Below are positions 1 through 11,900 of a stretch of 64,000 nt of DNA, one piece after another (position 1 is the stretch's first letter; every line of letters starts with the position of its first letter). This DNA comes from Balanoglossus misakiensis (Eukaryota; Animalia; Hemichordata), in NCBI GenBank assembly GCA_040954595.2, contig CM082576.2, positions 4,066,760 through 4,130,759 on the forward strand, given 5' to 3'. The position numbers and the translations under genes are program-made. The notes under the pieces were generated by a model, which did no database searches, had not been told where the DNA came from, and worked only from the letters and a program-made list of their open reading frames with translations.

Positions 1-1367
1 ACCCACGCTGGTTGCATTCCTGGCGTTAAATCTGGCCGCAGTAAGACGCCTCCATAAAACCCTGTAGGAGATCCTATGATATACTATACACATGTGACCC
101 AAATTTGATTTGACCAGTGGATCGGCAGCGGAGAACATCAACCACCTGTTGATTTCAGACTTCTGTCCGATCTCTGCTACTGTGTACGCGAGCAGTATAA
201 AAAGCAATTACCCTGCGCACGGTCACTGGTGACCGTGACCAGTGCTTGCGATTAGGTGCTAATCAAATCCAACGCTACCGTGTTAGTATTAACAACAGCG
301 ATATCTGTTGTTCCCCCTTTCCCGACGGTATTATGTATACCCTAGCTCTATGTAAACCACACAATAACATGATTTGGGGCGTAGCTCTGTACAGCCCGAT
401 TGACTCCAAAAGCAAATTGGCAAAATTATTTAGATTGGCTGACCTCAGTTGAAGTCGCATTTCAGGTCGAGTTCATACATGTATGCCCAAATAAGACAAC
501 CAATACTTTCTCTGGAGAGTGTGTTAAGTTCAACACGGGCAATTTCACTAGGGCACGGTACATTTGATTGACGTTTTTCGATGAAAGTGGGGACATACAA
601 CTGTCCGCCCTCTTGCCTTATCAAACTTACAGGCTTGTAAAAAGTCTACCACTCTCATAAAACCGCGGAAGAAATTCCTGCTCTTCTGGGCCTCCACTCA
701 CAATAAAGTGTCACTTTACACCCCTCACTTTGTGACTCAAGGTCTACAGTGGTAAATTTTAGACGTTGAAACGCACGCATGTGCACCATATATCTGATGT
801 GAGACCGGTGACCCGGATCGCCAGAACGCCCATGGCGAACGTTAGTTAGCCACTGCGGCATGGAGGGCCTTAGAACTGAATATATTTTCCTCAGCCCAAC
901 AACGATTGTCTTTGACAGAACAAAATTAACTGCAATTTGAATTTAAAGGAAAGGATTAGTTTGGATCCGATAAACCACATTCACGTTGAAGATAGAAAAG
1001 GTCAATGAATAAAAGTCGTGACAGGATTGGCCAGAGGGATTATTTATGCGGGACAACAGAGTTAACGACCTCGAACATTCAAGCGGCAATGAAACCATCT
1101 CACCATGCATGGCTAAATTCGACAAGAGGAGAGGCGACGACCCGCCCCTGTGGCCAAAGTCGATCAAAACGGTGGCTTTATCTACATTTATCGGACCACG
1201 ATTGGCCAGTCAGACTCTTCCCAGTGCTGTTACTGGTTAAACTTGTATTATGTAGTTATGTCGTCACCACCTCAAGTTTGGTCAGAAAATATCCCCTTGA
1301 CACTTTTACCTCAGTGACCTACAAGGGAGAATGGACAACAGTATTATTTATGTGTTTATTGTTAGGA

Positions 1368-3212
1368 ATGGGGTCTCTGCATCTATACAGGAGCTTAGAG
1401 GACCATGTTTATGGCAACTTATGCTCTGGTCGACGACAAAATTTGGTCCTTCAAGTATGCATATGCATGTACATGTACATATCCGTTCAGTCACAGTACA
1501 CTCACAGGTATTTGCATGTTTGTTATTATTATTTTTGTTTTGTTTTTTTCCCTTGCTTAGAATTTGGAACACTCAAACAGCGATGACATCATAGCATTGC
1601 AGAAGATCGTAATTTCGCGCCTTGTCGAGGAAAACAAGTTGCTGAAATCACAGAAATCGTACGCCGACGTTCTAAAGGCGGAAACCGTTGAATTAAAGAA
1701 GGAAATCAAAGACCTAAAAGACAACAGGACTATGCAAGAGTTCTTACAGAAGGACCACATCAAACAAAATGGCGTCAATATTGACGACTCCAACAGTATG
1801 GTGGTTGAGGCGCTGACCAAGGAAATCAAGGACCTGAAAGCAGAAACCTCTCGAATGAAGATAGTTAACGATCAACTCAAGTACGCTAAAGAACAGTTAC
1901 AGGTAGCACTTGACCATCAGTCGAGGCAGATGAAGGAACAGACAGGAACCGTGCCTCAAAGTTCACAAAACGGCCTCCCTCAGATGAACGGTCATCACCA
2001 CCCACAGCCGGCGTCGGCGACCAGTCGCTTCAGCCACTCCAGAGCGTCTAGCCGGTCCTCGTTCTCGTCGCCCTCCGTGAGCACGTGCACTGACGAGATC
2101 GAGGTGCTGGAGGACGAGGATGAGGATGGGGATTCCGGGTACCCTACCCTGGAACAGAAGTACCCGTCACCGAACTCCGGCGGGGGTGCTAGGGGTAGAC
2201 GGTCCAGCGCTTTGCAAATGGGTGAGTTTTGGGGTATCAGAAGGATGGGGATACGACCCGGGGATATGACACGGAATCAGTGAGGCGAGAAGTTGGGATG
2301 ATTTGGAGACAAACAAAAATTGCCCCATCACAAATCAACGGTTTCTTTACGCCAATGTCGCTAAGTCGGCCTCGGATTAAGAAATTATACAATTGGACAT
2401 TGAAGGTAGACACATCACAGGGTCCAGATATTTGATCATCGTTATGTGTTTATTCATTTCAGTTCCGTGTGTCTGCAAAGTCTCGGGCGTGCTGCACCAC
2501 TGCGACGAGATTCTCATCGAGCGCGTTAGATTCAATCTCCGATCTCGCGGCCTCGATCTGAAAATCGAGGAATGGGCGAAGTCGGTCATGTCGATTGGGA
2601 AGCTATGCATCGTCTTCTGCCTCGGCGCCTCCAGAGTTGGAGCGGACGTGGACAATGCACTCATTGGAATCAGCGGTGAGTGGGGCCTCCAGTCATCGGG
2701 CCTGGATAAAAGCTAAGGCTGCATATGTTTCGAATCGTGACAACACACATGTATTTCAATCTGGAATTTCTTAATCAAGTATACTTTCACAAAAGAGCTA
2801 TATATTAATGAAAAACTCTTGAATTTTAGTTTTGTGTCACTATGTATTGCTTGATTCGAACTAAGTTGCAATGTCACCTTTGGTTAAGATTTTGTACTCG
2901 TTTCAGACATTGAAGATTACACAGTATATTGGACCATTTTGGCAAATATTATTATGAGTACATCAACATCTCTGACTTAAAGATCAATTTCTCTAAATTT
3001 CAGACGAGGCTGAAGTCATCCTGATTGTCATGCACCACGTCCCCAACCAAACAAACCGACTGGATCCTCAGAGCGAAAGCATCATCGGGAAAAGGGACAA
3101 TATCTGCTTGGTCGTCGACATGTTTTTCTTCGAGAAAGACGGTCTGTACGATTGCGAACAGAACGACAAGGCGCTGGCCAAGATTGTGAGGCTCTTCGAA
3201 ATGCTGTGTTGA
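1368..3212 (+). CDS. Uncharacterised ~389-aa protein: N-terminal coiled coil, Ser/acidic low-complexity linker, C-terminal alpha/beta domain
   Basis: Exons 1368-1454 (tentative first exon), 1561-2221, 2463-2675 and 3004-3212 have GT-AG borders and compatible phases (0,1,1). Heptad segment with the internal repeat KEIKDLK. C-terminus reads ...IVFCLGASRVGADVDNAL...VILIVMHH...VVDMFFFEKDGLYDCEQNDKAL. Start codon uncertain. Confidence 0.75.
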
Positions 3213-5960
3213 AAAGAATAATATAGTAGGATCTCCCCACAGCTGAAGAAAACCCCAAGTCTACGCCGTGTCTCCAACCATGGATTTTCGTGCGTACTCA
3301 GGCTAAAAATGCAGTGACTATAAATGCACACGTTTCCAATACTCCCGAAATCTACTCAGACGGACCAGCCTCCGCGCTGTTGTGGCTGAAGCCCGGATTA
3401 ACTCAATCGAGATGAAAGCGCATTCCAAACGCAAGTGGTTTCTTTCATACCACTGGGGAAAAATTGGTGACTGTTCTAAGTCAAACTCCTCATGCCCTAT
3501 TGGACGGTAATTGGTTGGATGTCTCGCGTTGGTGTGTGTCGAAGTTCTGGACCTGGATCGCTCCGGGGTCTGTGGTCATGGTCACGTGGTTACGAATTCA
3601 ACAAATCCCGCCGATAAAATAGCAGAAAACGACCGATCCGGTGAAATCCGGCGAAGAGTCATGTGTGTGATTTTTTCGGTTTTCCTGTGTTCTTGGACTG
3701 TCTGTCGCCTTTTGGGGAGGGCGGGGCGGGGGGGGGGGGTACTGGCAAGAAATTGAACACCCAAGGATTTCCGAATTGAACTTGCAATAATATTTTCAAA
3801 GCCCGGCCTTCAAGGTGGTATTTCCTGCATAAAGTGGTGCCTGTATTTTTGTATTTGATCTGAAACATTTTTTTCACGATAATGTATGCACATCTCAAAC
3901 CAAGGCGATGACCTTTATATATCTTCTTGGTGCTGCGGGTCATTATTTACAAACAATTTAATACGTGTCACAACAACTGTTTAAATTCACGTCATAATAA
4001 GTACTTTATATCAGCCAGAATTTCTATAACCATTTTTAAAATTCATTGTTTTAAAATATTTCTATTTAAAATTACTGATTTTAATGTTTTAAATTGTAGG
4101 GATTGCTAAACTGCATATTATTATACAGGATTAGTTACCATATCGCAAATATGCTATTAATAATTTTCCACTCGTGTGTAAATGGAATTTGTAAGTGCAC
4201 GAGGCATGGATTGGTGTATTGGAAAAAATATGGTGCATTTTGATTATTACCGCGAAAGAAGCTTCGCACAACCAGCCGCAGTACCTGTCCCTTTATTTAG
4301 ACAAATGCATTGTAATACTGAGTCGAGGCTTTCAAACTTGAACTTGTACAAAGATGTGAACAGAAAATGGGTTGAGTACCTCAGAGACCTTCATATCAAG
4401 TTTTCCGAATTCATTTACATGTCATCTATTTATCAATAGATAGTTACCAACGTGATATACAAGCGTATTTCAGGCCAATCTTACCAGCTAATGCACGTCG
4501 TTCGAGATTTTCCCGCGTCATCCTCTCACGTGATTCTGTCTTTCTCTTGTTATTCGTTACGCGTTATGGTGATGTATTATGGTGACTGCGTATAACCCTA
4601 TTATGTAATATTTGCCTTTTGATATTTGATTCACGCGATAGTTCAGAAATTTACAGATGTTAGGTCACTTATGCAAATTTAGCCACAGTTATCATTGAAA
4701 TTCGAGATCTAGCCAAGCACAAATTTTAATTGGATGGCCACGCGAAAAAGTGCGCCACCACATAGTCATTAAAAGACTGCACGCTCTTTCAACCATATAT
4801 TGTATTCCTCAAAGCCCATGTAGTAGAAATCGCACAACCTCATTTCACTAATCACTTTTTGCGAGCTTATAGATGATGTTGATAAAAGCACGTGTTTCAA
4901 GTTACTGTAGGCCTACTGCATGATGGGATACGATGAATTTCCGATTCGGAATAACATGTATCTTCGCCAGCATCCCGTATACTTGCCATTTTTTGGTGTT
5001 GGAGGGGGTTGACATAAGCTGCGTGATTCCAACGATTGATAGGCCCCGTCACGTGATGGCCTCTTGCAACGGACGGGCTTCAAACAACTCCAGTGTTGAA
5101 AGTGATTGAGAAATAAATAAAAAATACACTCCACTACAGTAAGAATCTGAAAGAAGTATCAAGGGGGTAATTTTTATCGGAAATACATCCTCTCCCATAC
5201 TGGCAGGCTTTGAAGGAAGAACTCAGAAGTGTAAGTGTTATCAGACTGAGAAAATTCCTTTATTCTTGCAAATAACGTGCACACATTGGGATATTTCTTT
5301 TGGTCAAAATCAAGAAGAACGATCTTTTCATAAATTGAATCTTTGTCAACTGGCAAGGATGGAATTATTTTACATACAATGTATTTATATATTTTTCAAG
5401 TATTCGTACATATCAATGTGGAGGTGGTCAATTGAATATATACAAATTATATGAATATTTTAAACGATATACTTTTTGTAAGTTTATTTTCAACAATACA
5501 TGATTAAAGCTTTGCATTTGTCATAAAAAGAATTCACTGGTGCCGTTGGTGTGTTTATTGTTTACAGAGTTGGGTGTCAGGTCGAACACAAAAAGTCAAT
5601 AGGGCTGAAGATTTGACCTATTTCATTCTGACGCACATTTTATATCTAGTTGGCCTACTGTATGATGTCTACGCCCTCATCCAAGTTCAATTTTAGATCG
5701 ATTCATTTGGATTTTTACAACGCCAAAGAGGTGAAAAGACTGTTTCTTGTTCTGGTCGATACCCTGATCATTCGAGTTTTTTTTCTGGTGGTAGTGATTC
5801 TCTTGGTGACTGAAAAATCCTCCGCTGGTTGTGCTGTGCATGTATGAAGATAGCGGCAAGCGTTACCGAACCTTAGCGGTCCTTGTTTGACTAAATGATT
5901 GATAAGCGATAAGGTAAACATTTGTACACGCGGGGAGCTGAGAGTCGTCGACCGAGCATC

Positions 5961-8900
5961 ATGGAGATTCCACGGCCATTATTGATCATCGGAGGCATTG
6001 CGTGGTGTGTTTTGGTCGCTGTTGTCATTTCGTACACCTTCTACACTTTCTATCAACACTGGAGGTATTTTCACATTCCCGGACCCACACGAGGCAGGTG
6101 AGAAGCGACACTAGCTAGTGTGTAGGTCAAGGGTCACACACACAATATCTTCGCCATGCGTGAAATAGTATATTGATTCACACAAACATGACATTGCCAC
6201 GCAATTTTCCTAATTTACAAATGTGTGTGTATTGTTTTTGAACGAATTCGCTAGACTTAAATTTGATATTTAACAACGTGTGATCGATTTCCAGTCAGAT
6301 TCATCGTCCCACGACTACCGCGTTCCAGTCAATTGAAAAGAATAGCGCCAATGATACTGCAGCTCCCATTGTGACTGAGGCCAAATGAGAAAATGGAAAT
6401 ACAAAGATGTGAGATTGAGCTCAATATTTTTGCAATTTTGATAATATCGAAGTCTTGGAAGTGCTGACGCTGGTGCTGGGAGTATCACTTTCAAACTGAT
6501 AAACAGAGTGGGGTTTTTTTGGTTTCTCAAACTCATTGCAGCTATTTATGGGGTAATCTGTTACAAATCAAGAAATCTCAAGATGCTGGAAGACATTTTC
6601 ACTGGAATATCATTGTTGATTGGTAGGTCATGCTCATATGATTTTTCGAGGTCAAACACAGTGGTGCCCAACAACACAGTAAACGATGAAATCAAGGAAT
6701 GCTATCAAATTTGAACATCTCGGTTTACACAGTGAAACAAGATTGAGAAGGATATGGTTTAGTGGAACCAATACAAAATGTACTTACTTTATCATTTCTT
6801 TGAAGTGATACAGAAAAGATTCACAACTGATAAAATCAAATCTTAAGGTCAAAGAATGAAAATTCACACTGTTGGAACCTTTTTTGATACAGGGCAAAAC
6901 TTTATGGAAAAGTCTTCAAATACTTTTCATTACACCAAGCAACTGTGGTTGTTCTCGATCCAGAGGCTCTTCAGGTATGTAAATTCGTTAAAACCTTTAT
7001 TCAAGAAAAAATATTGAGAAGGTTCTGTAACAGTTTTTGGACGTTTTTCAAGGGTTATAGCCCATGAAAATTGTCAAAAAATGACAAATTCCCGTCTTTG
7101 CGAATTTTGGTGATTTTGTCATTTTTGGACACTTTGCATGGTTTATAGTTGACCTGTGATTATCATGATCTGTTTCTCCCCCGGGGTTGTAGGACTTACT
7201 TGGTTCTGGACTTCATCCCAAGCCAAAATCATATTCAGCATTGTCATCTCTGTGTGAAGAACGCTTTATGGGAAACAGTTTGATGACAGAAGTTGACCAG
7301 GAAAAATACAAGCCAAGGCGTAAATGCATTAGCAGTGCATTTGTCAACAGGTAGTACTTGAGAGTGGTCACGTAGAGAGTTTAATATTTTGATTTTTAAT
7401 TATTTATTATTATATTATAAAATGGATTCTGCTGTTGTATGTACTACTCATAATTTGTTTCGTTCCAGCTATTTAAGTATGTCATATGAAGTGTTGCAGC
7501 ATGAGACAGATACTGTGGTCGGAAAACTGAAAACCGTGGCTGATGGTGTTACGAAAGTCAAAATGTTTGATGAATTCAGTGTCTTCACAGTGGGTTTTCT
7601 GTCAAAGGTCAGTCTACTTAATAATACTTATGTCGTTACGCTTGCAATGAATTTGGCTAGAGATGAAGTCAACTAGCTGTGATGCAGTACTGACACCCTT
7701 CTTGTACACACTTAAGAACTACCTTTCATCGAAATGCGATCCAACTGTTTTGTTTTTAATTTCAGGTGTTCTGTGGTACGGAAGATGATATTTACGCAGA
7801 CACAAAGATGGTCATGCAAGCCATAAACCATGGATTTGATACTCCTCTTGACAAGGTACAATTATAGTTACCACCCACAGATTCTTGAAGGCCGCAAATT
7901 GAAAATCTATGATGTCTGAGATTCACACTGTAACGCTAAGCTCTAAGTGTTAATGGTGACAATTTCTTAATTTCCTATTGGTCTAATCTGCGCCTTATAC
8001 TTTATTTCTTGTATGGAAGTACAATCCCTTTAAGGCGAAATACAGAGAAGAAGTTAATGATGCAACAAGACGAATCAGAGGAACGTTTAGGAAAGCAGTC
8101 CATAGTAGGCTCAAAGCCAAGAAGGACGGTCTGGAGCTACCACAAGATGTACTGACTGTCATCTTACAGCATGGAGGTGAGAATGTGTTACAAATCGGTC
8201 AGTAACGGGCTGTTTGACAGCATTCTTGGATTCGACTCACAACATTTGTTTGGTGGTTTAACCAACTAACGCTTAATTTGCTACTTTTAGCCAATCTTGA
8301 CAGGTGTAGCATGCTAGCACTTCTATCATTGGTACGATGTTACGTGTGAATGTCATCATTGATAACAGACTCCCATCTTTTGGACAGGTATATTGTCAAA
8401 GTCAAACCAGCGCGTTCTTTACCATGCATATACTTCTCTGCTATTTCAGGGGCATCCCTTCTGCCGGAGGAGCTTGTGGACGAATTCATGAGCCTTTTAA
8501 TGGCAGGTCAGTTGATTGTAGTGCTAATAGCCATGCATAGACAGTAAAGAAAGGAATTAGTGTCTATGATCAGTCAATGTTGAGTCTAATGTGAAGATGC
8601 CAATATGTTTGTGGTTGCAACTTAATGCCTGTTCTTACACCATGCAGGGTTTGAGTGCACAGCCAGTACCCTATCATTCTGTCTCATGGAACTTAGTAGA
8701 CACCCTTCAGTTATGAAAAAGTAAGATAAACATATCCAGTTTTTGTGCATTCATTACCATTTTTTCCTGTCATTATCAGAAAAATCTCACTTATTCGTCA
8801 CTACATGACTATGTATCTGGTCGATTATGTGGATATGCTTGGATCTATATGTTAGGAATTTTCAATTCTCATTGAAGTTTTGTTTGCGTTGAACTTGAAT

Positions 8901-11900
8901 TTCCTGTCCCAAAATATACGATTACCTTTTAAAATTAAATGTTAACAAATTCTGTTCTTCGACGAACAGGCTGCTGGCAGAATTTAAAGAAGTCCTTGGA
9001 TCCAAGAGAAAGATAGACGTTTGTGAACTTGACAAACTTGAGTATCTAAAAAAGGTTATATTTTCAAATTTCATGTTTATCAATGTTTGTAGAGACCGGC
9101 GAATGTGCGTGACGTATGTTACTGCTTACAATTTCAACTGTTCAAGAACACAGTAGCATTTCATGTTCACGTTCCCATGCCTGCTTTCAGGTTTTAAAAG
9201 AAACACTGAGAATGTACCCGGTCGGAATTGGAACCGTGAGAGTCCTTAAAGAAGACCGAACCTACAATAACTTGAAGATCCCCGCCAACACCAACATTCT
9301 GGTGAGTTGAAGAAATTGAGTTTGGCAGAGACATTTGTGCAAGGGTTGCAATTCAAAAATCGACGGAATTTTGAGATTTCGCAAATGTCGAAAAATTGTC
9401 ATTTTTGATGATTTTCATGAGCTATAACCCATGATTTTTTTCAAAAATCGACGAAATTTTGAAATTTCGGAAAGTCGGAAAATTGTCATTTGTGGATGAT
9501 TTTCATGAGCTATAACCCATGATTTTTTCGAAAAATGAAGAAATTGTGAAATTTCGGAAAGTCAAAAAATTGTCATTTGTGGATGATTTTCATGAGCTAT
9601 AACCCATGATTTTGTCGAAAAATGAAGAAATTTTGAAATTTCGGAAAGTCGAAAAATTGTCATTTGTGGATGATTTTCATGAGCTATAACCCATGATTTT
9701 GTCAAAAAATGAAGAAATTTTAAAATTTCGGAAAGTCGAAAAATTGTCATTTGTGGATGATTTTCATGAGCTATAACCCATGATTTTGTCAAAAAATGAA
9801 GAAATTTTGAAATTTCGGAAAGTCGAAAAATTTTCATTTGTGGATGATTTTCATGAGCTATAACCCATGATTTTGTCAAAAAATGAAGAAATTTTAAAAT
9901 TTCGGAAAGTCGAAAAATTGTCATTTGTGGATGATTTTCATGAGCTATAACCCATGATTTTGTCAAAAAATGAAGAAATTTTGAAATTTCGGAAAGTCGA
10001 AAAATTTTCATTTGTGGATGATTTTCATGAGCTATAACCCATGATTTTGTCAAAAAATGAAGAAATTTTGAAATTTCGGAAAGTCGAAATATTGTCATTT
10101 GTGGGTGATTTTCATGAGCTATAACCCATGATTTTGTCGAAAAATGAAGAAATTTTGAAATTTCGGAAAGTCGAAAAATTGTCATTTGTGGATGATTTTC
10201 ATGAGCTATAACCCATGATTTTGTCGAAAAATGAAGAAATTTTGAAATTTCGGAAAGTCGAAAAATTGTCATTTGTGGATGATTTTCATGAGCTATAACC
10301 CATGATTTTGTCGAAAAATGAAGAAATTTTGAAATTTCGGAAAGTCGAAAAATTGTCATTTGTGGATGATTTTCATGAGCTATAACCCATGATTTTGTCA
10401 AAAAATGAAGAAATTTTGAAATTTCGGAAAGTCGAAAAATTGTCATTTGTGGGTGATTTTCATGAGCTATAACCCATGATTTTGTCAAAAAATGAAGAAA
10501 TTTTGAAATTTCGAAAAGTCGAAAAATTGTCATTTGTGGGTGATTTTCATGAGCTATAACCCATGATTTTGTCAAAAAATGAAGAAATTTTGAAATTTCG
10601 GAAAGTCGAAAAATTGTCATTTGTGGATGATTTTCATGAGCTATAACCCATGATTTTGTCGAAAAATGAAGAAATTTTGAAATTTCGGAAAGTCGAAAAA
10701 TTGTCATTTGTGGATGATTTTCATGAGCTATAACCCATGATTTTGTCGAAAAATGAAGAAATTTTGAAATTTCGGAAAGTCGAAAAATTGTCATTTGTGG
10801 GTGATTTTCATGAGCTATAACCCATGATTTTGTCGAAAAATGAAGAAATTTTGAAATTTCGGAAAGTCGAAAAATTGTCATTTGTGGATGATTTTCATGA
10901 GCTATAACCCATGATTTTGTCAAAAAATGAAGAAATTTTGAAATTTCGGAAAGTCGAAAAATTGTCATTTGTGGGTGATTTTCATGAGCTATAACCCATG
11001 ATTTTGTCAAAAAATGAAGAAATTTTGAAATTTCGAAAAGTCGAAAAATTGTCATTTGTGGGTGATTTTCATGAGCTATAACCCATGATTTTGTCAAAAA
11101 ATGAAGAAATTTTGAAATTTCGAAAAGTCGAAAAATTGTCATTTGTGGGTGATTTTCATGAGCTATAACCCATGATTTTGTCAAAAAATGAAGAAATTTT
11201 GAAATTTCGGAAAGTCGAAAAATTGTCATTTGTGGATGATTTTCATGAGCTATAACCCATGATTTTGTCGAAAAATAAAGAAATTTTGAAATTTCGGAAA
11301 GTCGAAAAATTGTCATTTGTGGATGATTTTCATGAGCTATAACCCATGATTTTGTCAAAAAATGAAGAAATTTTGAAATTTCGGAAAGTCGAAAAAGTGT
11401 CATTTGTGGATGATTTTCATGAGCTATAACCCATGATTTTGTCGAAAAATAAAGAAATTTTGAAATTTCGGAAAGTCGAAAAATTGTCATTTGTGGATGA
11501 TTTTCATGAGCTATAACCCATGATTTTGTCAAAAAATGAAGAAATTTTGAAATTTCGGAAAGTCGAAAAATTGTCATTTGTGGATGATTTTCATGAGCTA
11601 TAACCCATGATTTTGTCGAAAAATGAAGAAATTTTGAAATTTCGGAAAGTCGAAAAATTGTCATTTGTGGATGATTTTCATGAGCTATAACCCATGATTT
11701 TGTCGAAAAATGAAGAAATTTTGAAATTTCGGAAAGTCGAAAAATTGTCATTTGTGGGTGATTTTCATGAGCTATAACCCATGATTTTGTCGAAAAATGA
11801 AGAAATTTTGAAATTTCGGAAAGTCGAAAAATTGTCATTTGTGGATGATTTTCATGAGCTATAACCCATGATTTTGTCGAAAAATGAAGAAATTTTGAAA

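Noticed and set aside
1046-1240. ORF MRDNRVNDLEHSSGNE... as the first exon of the coiled-coil gene (weak similarity to NLEHSNSDD at 1561)
   Set aside because: The only in-phase donor (gtggct) is weak and the similarity is short. The 1368-1454 exon has better splice sites. It cannot be resolved without transcripts.
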